Source: a virus
Strand: one strand, 5' to 3'
Length of the DNA: 64,000 nucleotides
IMG/VR virus record: IMGVR_UViG_3300029258_001212
Coordinates: 64,001 to 128,000 of that record
Positions 56,836 through 64,000 of the stretch are shown here, in pieces; position 1 is the stretch's first letter; each line of letters opens with the position of its first letter. The notes under the pieces are model-generated. The model ran no database searches. It was not told where the DNA came from and worked only from the letters and a program-made list of their open reading frames with translations. Made by a program: the position numbers and the translations under genes.

Positions 56836-57771
56836 ATGCGTTTCCTAGTTTTCATCATTGCCCTGTTCGCCATCATGCCTGAAGCTGGCGCCCGAGAGCC
56901 AGCTCAGGCCAGCAAGGTGGCGAGCGCCACGAAGGCGGCCATCCCTACCCTGGCCCCTCTTGCCCAGGGGCTCCTGGCTGTCCGTGGTCACCAGCGTCAC
57001 GTGAAGCCGGCCCTGGTGAGGCGTCTCGAGCGTGAGGCCAAGGAGGTGATCGCCATGCCCGGCAACGGATGGATGAAGCCTCACATCCTACTCGGGCTCG
57101 CTGTCACCGAGAGCGATCTTCGCGGCTGGCTCAAGCGCGGCTACGGCACCGTGGCAGACTGCGGGCTCACCCAGGTGAACCTCACTCGCCTCCGCATGAC
57201 CACCTACAAGAAGCGGAAGCTCTGCCGGGCTATCCGTAAGAACACCAAGCTGGCCATGGTGTGGACGATGAAGGAGCTCAATACGGTGAAGGCGCGCTAC
57301 TGCACACCGAAGTGGCTCAAGCGTATCAAGCGATACCAGCGCGGGACCGGGGAATGGCGCGGGCTCAACGATGACCAGCGATTCTGGATGTGTGTCCTGA
57401 ACGTCTACAATCAAGGGCCCAGATTCGTCACGTATAGGTGGAACACGTGCAAGTGGAAGCATCGGTTCCCGGAGGATCCATCTCAGGCGGTGCTCGACAA
57501 GCGCGCCAAGAAGTGCCGGAGCCGGAATCGGTACTGGCTTCGGACCATGTGCTTTGCGACCGGGATCCGCTTGAACAAGACGCCGAAGTACGCGCGGCGC
57601 CGGTGGACGCGGAGCGGCTGGAAGGTGAAGTCCCTTCACCGTGCGTCGTGCAGGCGCGTTTGGACCTGGAAGGGGATGCAGAAGCTATACTCCTGGAAGC
57701 CCCTTCCCGCGCCCCCGCGCCCGCGGCCGACAAACAAACCTGTTCGGGTGTCACAGATTGGAGGTAGCTGA
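56836..57771 (+). CDS. Secreted lytic transglycosylase (SLT-like)
   Basis: Signal peptide; TES, GLTQVN, YNQGP motifs. Confidence 0.7.
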   Translation: MRFLVFIIALFAIMPEAGAREPAQASKVASATKAAIPTLAPLAQGLLAVRGHQRHVKPALVRRLEREAKEVIAMPGNGWMKPHILLGLAVTESDLRGWLKRGYGTVADCGLTQVNLTRLRMTTYKKRKLCRAIRKNTKLAMVWTMKELNTVKARYCTPKWLKRIKRYQRGTGEWRGLNDDQRFWMCVLNVYNQGPRFVTYRWNTCKWKHRFPEDPSQAVLDKRAKKCRSRNRYWLRTMCFATGIRLNKTPKYARRRWTRSGWKVKSLHRASCRRVWTWKGMQKLYSWKPLPAPPRPRPTNKPVRVSQIGGS

Positions 57772-58241
57772 TGGGTGACAACGGGCACCAGGCCCAAGTA
57801 GCAGAGACCGAAGGCTGGTTTACCAAGCGGCTCGAGGAAATCGACCGCGAGGTGGAAAGACTTGGCGGGGAGGCGCGTGCCGTTCTGTCAGGCGAGGCCA
57901 AGCGCGTAGAGGGGTGGTATCAGGAGCAACGCAAGATGCTCGAGCGCGTTCACCGAGAGAGCATCGGGGACGCCAAGCGGGAACACGGAGCTCGCCGCGC
58001 GGAGCTCGACCGAAACCACAAGGCCACACTCGAGAGCCTCGAGGCCCATCATAAGAACAAGCTCGCGGAGCTCCGCCTGGAGAAGACGGCCAAGCTGTCC
58101 CCCCTCGAGGGGGAGCTCGACGCCCAGGTGGACGCAGCGGAGCTGTGGAAGCGTGAGGCACTGGCGGCGGCGGAGGCGGAGCGCAAGGAGAGACTGAAGG
58201 CTATCGCGGACCGGGGGCGGGACGCGGCGGCCAGGGAGTAG
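57771..58241 (+). CDS. Coiled-coil hypothetical protein
   Basis: Charged helical sequence; GGAGG RBS. Confidence 0.55.
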   Translation: MGDNGHQAQVAETEGWFTKRLEEIDREVERLGGEARAVLSGEAKRVEGWYQEQRKMLERVHRESIGDAKREHGARRAELDRNHKATLESLEAHHKNKLAELRLEKTAKLSPLEGELDAQVDAAELWKREALAAAEAERKERLKAIADRGRDAAARE

Positions 58242-58291
58242 ACTGAACACGGGTCACCAGGTGGCCCACCGGCAACGATTGGAGGATTGGA

Positions 58292-59338
58292 ATGTCGGTA
58301 GCAGCGGTATTCGCCAAGAAAAAACCGGAGCTCGAGCAAGCCCGGTCAGCCTACACGAACCAAGGGGTGCCAGAGTGGCTCATGGGCGAGCTCACCTCGG
58401 TGCGGGAGAAGCCTCCGCTCAAGCCGGACTCCTGGGTGACGGCTTCCGGACTGGGGCGCCTGTGCCCTCGGTACGAGACCCTCCGGGCAGTTCACGAGAT
58501 CACGATCCAGGACACCACCACCGGTGTGATGCAGTGGACCTTTGACGTGGGCAACGCCTACCACGATATGTACCGGGAGCACTACATGGGCCCGCGTGGC
58601 GCTTACCTGGGGCGCTGGCGCTGTTTGCGGTGCGGGTGGAACACGGACCAGGGAGTTGAGAAGCCCCTCGACTGGGGAGAGCACGGGATCCCACAGCCGG
58701 CCAAGGCGCCCCTCAAGCCCACCAGCTATATGCCGGAGGGCGACTTCCCGAGCGAGGAGCACATCCTCCTGGCGAAGATGCCCGAGCGGTGTCCGAATTG
58801 CGGCGGCAAGCGCGCGTTTCCCGACTGGACGGCCAGCGGGCGCGAGGTGGACGGCCACCAGCGGGCCATCGTGTACCACGAGTGGCTCCTCACCAATGAG
58901 GAGTACCGGGTACGGGTGATGCCTGACGGATGGCGCCAGTCCTTGAGCACCGAGAAGATCCTATTCCAGGAGCTCAAGTCCATCAGCCCGAACGGCTACA
59001 AGAAGATCAAGTCCAGCGGCGCGGCCAAGCCGGAGCACGTTGTTCAGACCCAGGCGGGCCTCTGGCTCTCCGGTTGGGACATTGGCGAGATCGTCTACTT
59101 CTGCAAGGCGCCGATCTGGCGGTTCCCTGACGGCTGGAAGCCGGAGGACTTCTTTCACCAGGTGGTGGTGCGTTACGATGAGGGCACCCTCGAGGCCACG
59201 GTCTGGGGCCCGGTCACCGAGATGCGCGAAGCTCTCAAGGCCGGCACGGTCACGAAGCGGATCTGCGTCAACACGGAGGTGCCCCGGGCCAAGGACTGTG
59301 ACCTGTGCCAGCTTTGCTTCAAGGAGCCGAATGGATGA
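58292..59338 (+). CDS. Cas4-like PD-(D/E)xK exonuclease
   Basis: ASGLGRLCPR, GNAYH, PDG, ELKS, QTQAG, C-terminal C..C-x2-C-x2-C. Confidence 0.75.
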   Translation: MSVAAVFAKKKPELEQARSAYTNQGVPEWLMGELTSVREKPPLKPDSWVTASGLGRLCPRYETLRAVHEITIQDTTTGVMQWTFDVGNAYHDMYREHYMGPRGAYLGRWRCLRCGWNTDQGVEKPLDWGEHGIPQPAKAPLKPTSYMPEGDFPSEEHILLAKMPERCPNCGGKRAFPDWTASGREVDGHQRAIVYHEWLLTNEEYRVRVMPDGWRQSLSTEKILFQELKSISPNGYKKIKSSGAAKPEHVVQTQAGLWLSGWDIGEIVYFCKAPIWRFPDGWKPEDFFHQVVVRYDEGTLEATVWGPVTEMREALKAGTVTKRICVNTEVPRAKDCDLCQLCFKEPNG

Positions 59339-59700
59339 ACATCCCGAACGTGAGACCACTGCACGGCTACGTGATGCTCAAGTTCTACCCGGATCAGGAG
59401 TTCCCATTGGATCCAAGCTCCGGGCTGTACCTGGCCAGAGCTCCGCACCAGAAAGCCGTCTGGCGCATCGGGAAGGTGATCGCCATTGGCGATGGCATTC
59501 CGGCCAAGAAAGGCGACAAGGTGACGCCACACGAGCTCAAGGTGGGGGACTTCGTGGTTACAGACCACATCTTCGGGGCGGTGGTGTACGATGGGAAGAA
59601 CGTGGAGCACCTGGAGATTCGCGTGCTGTCCGTGGATCAGATTGAAGGCGTCCTGGAGGGCGTCACCGAGGAGGCGGCAAAGGTGCTGGACATAGGATGA
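59335..59700 (+). CDS. groES: Co-chaperonin GroES (Cpn10)
   Basis: RPLHGYVML, SSGLYL, GKVIAIGDG, LKVGDFV, IEGVL. Confidence 0.85.
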   Translation: MNIPNVRPLHGYVMLKFYPDQEFPLDPSSGLYLARAPHQKAVWRIGKVIAIGDGIPAKKGDKVTPHELKVGDFVVTDHIFGAVVYDGKNVEHLEIRVLSVDQIEGVLEGVTEEAAKVLDIG

Positions 59701-60281
59701 TCTCGGTACTCGGTGCAGATCTGGCTCAACGCCACAGCGGCTTCTGTTTCATCCCAGGTGGGTGGGACGGTCGTTTCGAGTCCTTGGTGACGGACTTCTG
59801 TGAGTACGGCGCCAAGGGGCGCATCGAAGATTCCACGGCCATCGAAATCATGCTCACTGCGGCCAGGACGGCCGTGAACCTCGCCAGGCGCACGAAGCCA
59901 GATGAGATTGTGGTGGAGGAGTACGCCTACCGCGCCAAGGGTAACGCCGTACATCGCCAGGCGGAGATCGGTGGAGTAGTCCGGTCCCAGCTCCGCCTGG
60001 CTGTTGGCATTGCGGCCGGACTGGTTCCGATGGGCACGGCCAGATCGTTCCTGATCGGCGGCTCCCTCCGCGGCAAGCGGAAGGCGGACAAGAAGAACGG
60101 CGTGAAGCCCCTCGAGAAGAAAGACCAGATCCTCGCGTTCCTGGCCAATCGTGGATTCTCATTCCCCACGGATGACGTGTCCGATGCCTTCGTGGTGGGG
60201 TACTATCACTATTGCCAGCGGAATGGCCTGGATTGCATGTTCGATCCGATTCTGGAGAGCGAGCAAGTAGTGAAGCTGTGA
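59697..60281 (+). CDS. RuvC-like resolvase
   Basis: VLGADLAQRHSG, IVVEEY, DDVSDAF. Confidence 0.8.
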   Translation: MISVLGADLAQRHSGFCFIPGGWDGRFESLVTDFCEYGAKGRIEDSTAIEIMLTAARTAVNLARRTKPDEIVVEEYAYRAKGNAVHRQAEIGGVVRSQLRLAVGIAAGLVPMGTARSFLIGGSLRGKRKADKKNGVKPLEKKDQILAFLANRGFSFPTDDVSDAFVVGYYHYCQRNGLDCMFDPILESEQVVKL

Positions 60282-60284
60282 ACC

Positions 60285-60623
60285 ATGATGCCCAACCCCG
60301 CCAACACCTGGAACGGTATCGGCCGCGTGGCCCAGGATATTCGCTTCGGTCGGACCGGAGAGGGACAGCGCGTGTGCTCGTTCCAGGTGACTACCACCAG
60401 CCGGGGAGACCGGCTCACCTGGGTGCGGATCAACGTCTACGATCAGGAGCTGGTGAAGTACGTCAAGCGCCGGATCGTGAAGGGGGCGACAGTGCAGGTG
60501 GAGGGCGAGCTGATGAACCGCAACAAGGGCGGACGCAATGGTCCCCAGCTCACCGAGGTGAGGGCCTTTTCAATCGAACCGACAGACGATGAGGGAGCCG
60601 ATGGTAGCCGCAACCGAGAATGA
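60285..60623 (+). CDS. ssb: Single-stranded DNA-binding protein (bacterial SSB OB-fold)
   Basis: GIGRVAQD, TWVRINVY, KGATVQVEGEL. Confidence 0.8.
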   Translation: MMPNPANTWNGIGRVAQDIRFGRTGEGQRVCSFQVTTTSRGDRLTWVRINVYDQELVKYVKRRIVKGATVQVEGELMNRNKGGRNGPQLTEVRAFSIEPTDDEGADGSRNRE

Positions 60624-61371
60624 CCTGCAAGTAGTGGACGGCCAGGCGCCGATCACTGATGACGTGAACGAAATCCGTGAGCACCTACAGGAGCTCAAGG
60701 GGCGCTTCACCCGTACCTACTTCGAGTTCGGGGAGGTGCTCCAGAGGGCTTACGAGCTCGGGGCCCATAAGACATGGGGATTCCCCACTTGGAAGGAGTA
60801 CGTGGAGGAGGAGCTCGGCATGTCCGAGCGCCGTTGCCAGTACCTCCTGTCCATTCACAAGTGGTTCAACAAGGTGCTCAAGGACCACCCGCACGTGCGC
60901 CAGCGCGTGGAGCACCTGGGCTGGTCGAAGGTCCGGCTCCTGGTGGGCGTGGTGGACGAGACCAACGTGGACGAGTGGGTGGCCCGGGCGGAGAAGATGA
61001 CCCTGGCGGCGCTCCAGGAGTTTATCAAGGAGCTCAAGGCCGGCAAGACACCGAGCGATGAAACCGAGAAGCTCACCACGCTTTCGATCAAGCTCTACCC
61101 CGAGCAGGTGGCCAACGTGGAGGACGCCCTGGAGCTCGCCAAGGAGATCGCGGAGAGCGACAAGCGCGGCCACCTGATCGATCTGATCTGCACGACGTTC
61201 AAGGCGGACCACGTGTTCTCTTCGAGCCCAGGCACGAAGATGAGCGAGCTCTACATCGCCAAGATCGAGAAGATCATGGGGGTGCGCCTGGTGGTGGTGG
61301 ACGAGGCATCCCGCAAGGTCAAGTACGGCCTGGATGTGCTCGAGCGACTGGCGGAGGAACCGAAGGAGTAA
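60601..61371 (+). CDS. DUF3102-like helical DNA-binding protein
   Basis: FEFGEVL..WGFPTWKEYVEEELGMSERRCQYL. Confidence 0.6.
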   Translation: MVAATENDLQVVDGQAPITDDVNEIREHLQELKGRFTRTYFEFGEVLQRAYELGAHKTWGFPTWKEYVEEELGMSERRCQYLLSIHKWFNKVLKDHPHVRQRVEHLGWSKVRLLVGVVDETNVDEWVARAEKMTLAALQEFIKELKAGKTPSDETEKLTTLSIKLYPEQVANVEDALELAKEIAESDKRGHLIDLICTTFKADHVFSSSPGTKMSELYIAKIEKIMGVRLVVVDEASRKVKYGLDVLERLAEEPKE

Positions 61372-61422
61372 GAGGAGCCGGTGCCCATCCTGTGCAGCAT
61401 TGGAGCTGCAAAGGAGGCAGAG

Positions 61423-61725
61423 ATGGATAGTCTTAGCGTTGGATGCCAGGTGATCTACACGGATGAACACTTCAAGGACCACCACGCCCTGGTGACGGCC
61501 ATCTGGGCAGCGTCACATGAGCACCTGGTTCAGGGGAGCGACGAGGTGAAACACACCTGCGTGAACCTGGTCTACGTGTCCGGTGACGACACCAAGGACG
61601 ATCCCTACGGACGGCAGATCGAACGGAACACATCGGTGGTCCATTCGAGCGTGCAGCCGGCGGGGGGTGCGTGCTGGAGGTTCCCCAGTGAGCCACGGCC
61701 CAAGATGGGCGTGGTGAGCAAGTAG
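61423..61725 (+). CDS. Hypothetical protein
   Basis: AAGGAGG RBS; SVGCQVIY..ALVTAIW..VNL..WRFP. Confidence 0.6.
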   Translation: MDSLSVGCQVIYTDEHFKDHHALVTAIWAASHEHLVQGSDEVKHTCVNLVYVSGDDTKDDPYGRQIERNTSVVHSSVQPAGGACWRFPSEPRPKMGVVSK

Positions 61726-61794
61726 CCCGGCGGCCGGTGACTGGTGCCGAAGAGGTGCCTGCCCCACTGGTTCCAATGCTGCACAGGATGGGAC

Positions 61795-61863
61795 ACCCTC
61801 TTGACTCTTTTCTCCTAGTAAGGGTAGATAAGGTTAAGTAAGCAGAAGCAACGTCTGTGCCAA
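61795..61863. repeat. Dispersed element, copy 6
   Basis: ACCCTCTTGACTCTTTTCTCCTAGTAAGGGTAGATAAGGTTAAGTAAGCAGAAGCAACGTCTGTGCCAA. Confidence 0.9.
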
Positions 61864-61896
61864 TCTGCGATTTGAACCTCTGGAAGGGAGGCCCTG

Positions 61897-62790
61897 ATGA
61901 GCAAGAACATTCCCCTCAACAAGATCGACACCGAGCGATTCCCGAATCCGCGGGGACAGCTCGACCCGTCCAGCATTGCCAAGCTGGCGGCTTCTATCGA
62001 CAGCCATTCCCAGCTCCAGCCCATCGTGGTGAGCGGAGGGAACACGTCCGATGGGCGCTACTACCTGGTGTGCGGCTTTCGCCGGTACGCGGCCCACAAG
62101 CTCCTGGGTCGCACGACGATCCCCGCCGTGGTGAAGCGCATTCCCGTGGCCCAGGTGCCCGTGGTGCAGCTCATTGAAAACGTGGACCGCGAGCCGCTCC
62201 CCCTCCTGGACGAGTGCGGCGCCCTGGCCAGAATCAGGGATTCAGGAACGCTCGGTGCCAAGGACCTGGCGGAGCTGTACGGTCGCTCCCAGAGCTACAT
62301 CACCCAGCGGATCAGCATTCACCGGCTCCCGGACGAGATCAAGGAAGCCTTCCTGGACGGCAAGATCCAATTCTCGGACCTGCGAGACCTGTCCGGCGTG
62401 AAGGCAGATGAAGGCAAGACCCGCGAGGAGGCCCAGATCGCAGCCTTCCGCAAGGCCCTCGAGGCGGATGCCTCCGCGCCCGAGCCCGCGAGCTCGCGCA
62501 AGAAGCCGAGCAGGTCCAAGCGCAAGGCGGCCACGCGCAAGGCCGTTCGCCAGAGCACACGTCAGGCCAAGAAGCCGGAGCGCCGGGCAGCTTCGGAGCG
62601 GACGGGCGAGAAGCCCGGGCGGAAGGCCATGGAGGGCACCACCGAGGAGCGCCTCGAGGCCCTCACCCAGCGCATCGAAGGCGAGATCGCCAAGGAGATC
62701 GGAGCGAGCAAGCTGTCCCCGAAGGCGTCCGATGCGGTGCAGCGTGCGATCACCAAGCTCCACCAGGAGCGCCTCCTGGTACTGCCCTGA
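61897..62790 (+). CDS. parB: ParB/Spo0J family protein
   Basis: NPR, LAASI..QLQPIVV, GFRRYAA, ENVDRE, HTH LAELYGRSQSYITQ. Confidence 0.88.
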   Translation: MSKNIPLNKIDTERFPNPRGQLDPSSIAKLAASIDSHSQLQPIVVSGGNTSDGRYYLVCGFRRYAAHKLLGRTTIPAVVKRIPVAQVPVVQLIENVDREPLPLLDECGALARIRDSGTLGAKDLAELYGRSQSYITQRISIHRLPDEIKEAFLDGKIQFSDLRDLSGVKADEGKTREEAQIAAFRKALEADASAPEPASSRKKPSRSKRKAATRKAVRQSTRQAKKPERRAASERTGEKPGRKAMEGTTEERLEALTQRIEGEIAKEIGASKLSPKASDAVQRAITKLHQERLLVLP

Positions 62791-63260
62791 TGCCAGGCCC
62801 GAACACATCCAAGCGGTGGAAGGCCGTTCGCAAGCGGTTGGCCAAGGCCAGTGACGCCCAGGGTGTGCTCGAGGCCCTGTCAACCAACGGGGCCGGGGAC
62901 GGGCGCGTGGAGGACCTGTGGCTGGACGCTACGGATGAGCTCTGGGATAAACACATCCTCCCGATGACCCTCCGCGAGCTCGCTGCGGCCGTGGCGCAGT
63001 CCGATGGCGTGAAGGTGCAGCTCGACCGCGGCAAGGTGCGCCAGAAGCGGGCCAGCCGGATGAAGCCAGCGGAGATCGCGGAGGCGTCCGAGAAGATCGT
63101 GGCCGTGGTGAAGGAAAGGCCAGGTTGCGCGTGTTCGGAGATTGCCGAGCGGATCGGCCTGGATCGCACCAGGACAGGCAAGCTCCTGGGCAAGCTCCAC
63201 GATGCTGGCGAGCTTCGCAGAGAGGGTGAGCGCGGGGGCGCAGTGTACTTTCCGGCCTGA
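62790..63260 (+). CDS. Protein with C-terminal winged HTH
   Basis: PGCACSEIAERIGLDRTRTGKLLGKL..GERGGAVYFP. Confidence 0.65.
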   Translation: MPGPNTSKRWKAVRKRLAKASDAQGVLEALSTNGAGDGRVEDLWLDATDELWDKHILPMTLRELAAAVAQSDGVKVQLDRGKVRQKRASRMKPAEIAEASEKIVAVVKERPGCACSEIAERIGLDRTRTGKLLGKLHDAGELRREGERGGAVYFPA

Positions 63261-63277
63261 TGCGGTAGGATCTACGG

Positions 63278-63961
63278 ATGCTGGTGAGCTGGCCAACATT
63301 TGAGCACGATTGCCCAGCGTGCGTGTTCCTGGGCTCGGAGGACCGCGTGGCGCCCAGGTGGCGCGGGTGGGGGTTCTCCACGGCCAGGTGGCGCGACTTC
63401 TACCTCTGCCGAGCTCACGGTGTGCCGGCCTACACGGCCAGGTTCGGCAACAGCCCGGGGGACTACGTGGCGGTGTCCAGCGAATCACTCGAGCGGTGGG
63501 ACTTCCGCGAGTGGGCAGCGATGGCCCGCGAGGAGACCGAAGATCATGCGGTGCCACTGAATGCTCTGTACCGGCTCCACCGGGACGGCGCCCTTGAGCG
63601 AGGATTCACCGTGTACCCTCACTTCGATGCTCCGAACAGGCCCTACATCATGGTGTCCCCGGCGCTGGCACCACAGGAGCATGACGTGTTGCACACGGTG
63701 GTGCTCCACGTGACAAACGGCTATTCCAGGTTCGGCAGCGGTGCGCCGCTGGACGATGATGCGACGGACAAGCTCGCTGGACGGGTGCTGGTCGTGGTGA
63801 GGGAGGTGGCGAACAAGCTGGGAGCGGTCACCAGGTGGAACCGATGGGGCCGTGACGTGGTGAATGCTGAAACAAGGTGTAGTGCTCACGCTGACGGTGT
63901 TGACCATGGCGGCTGCCCTGGCCCCGGTGGTCTGGATCATGATTCAGGACGTTTCTCCTGA
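63278..63961 (+). CDS. Hypothetical protein
   Basis: HDCPACVFLG..DFYLC..ARFG phage motif. Confidence 0.5.
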   Translation: MLVSWPTFEHDCPACVFLGSEDRVAPRWRGWGFSTARWRDFYLCRAHGVPAYTARFGNSPGDYVAVSSESLERWDFREWAAMAREETEDHAVPLNALYRLHRDGALERGFTVYPHFDAPNRPYIMVSPALAPQEHDVLHTVVLHVTNGYSRFGSGAPLDDDATDKLAGRVLVVVREVANKLGAVTRWNRWGRDVVNAETRCSAHADGVDHGGCPGPGGLDHDSGRFS

Positions 63962-64000
63962 TGAAATGGACGATGAGCTGTGAGCCGAATTCTGTGCAAC

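Noticed and set aside
10007-61863. Dispersed element as MITE/IS or REP
   Set aside because: No terminal inverted repeats or target-site duplications seen, no transposase in the window, all copies co-oriented at gene boundaries
2184-63940. Long minus-strand and alternate-frame ORFs (e.g. 10818-12308, 24320-25885, 29781-31163, 3377-4921)
   Set aside because: Shadow ORFs expected at high GC3; they overlap well-supported + strand genes and lack motifs

Overview
64 kb of a large, GC-rich, contractile-tailed (myovirus-type) phage or prophage. Essentially all credible genes are on the + strand. 1-26.5 kb is the tail and baseplate module: tube, frameshifted chaperone, 1669-aa tape measure, hub, spike, wedge proteins, fibres and tube initiator. 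26.6-38.2 kb holds membrane/lysis genes and head/fibre decoration genes. 38.2-40.5 kb holds structured leaders, a DUF5131 gene, a DNA methyltransferase and an iteron-like origin candidate. 40.6-64 kb is the replication/recombination module: initiator, DnaC-like loader, DnaB, DnaG, gp32-like SSB, SF2 helicase, RecA, two resolvase-like nucleases, a Cas4-like nuclease, GroES, SSB, ParB and two peptidoglycan hydrolases. The most striking unexplained signal is a 68-69 bp element in six dispersed copies at gene boundaries (10007, 17846, 26523, 34417, 53139, 61795). Every copy has a perfect sigma54 -24/-12 site (TTGGCAC-N5-TTGCT) on the minus strand, antisense to all genes. This overlaps a + strand (T/A)(T/A)GACT-N21/22-TA(A/G)GGT promoter-like motif with an inverted repeat in its over-long spacer (MerR-like geometry). 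The window also encodes a two-headed MerR-like protein, two RHH proteins and ParB as candidate binders. All functional calls are motif recognition by eye; no searches were run.
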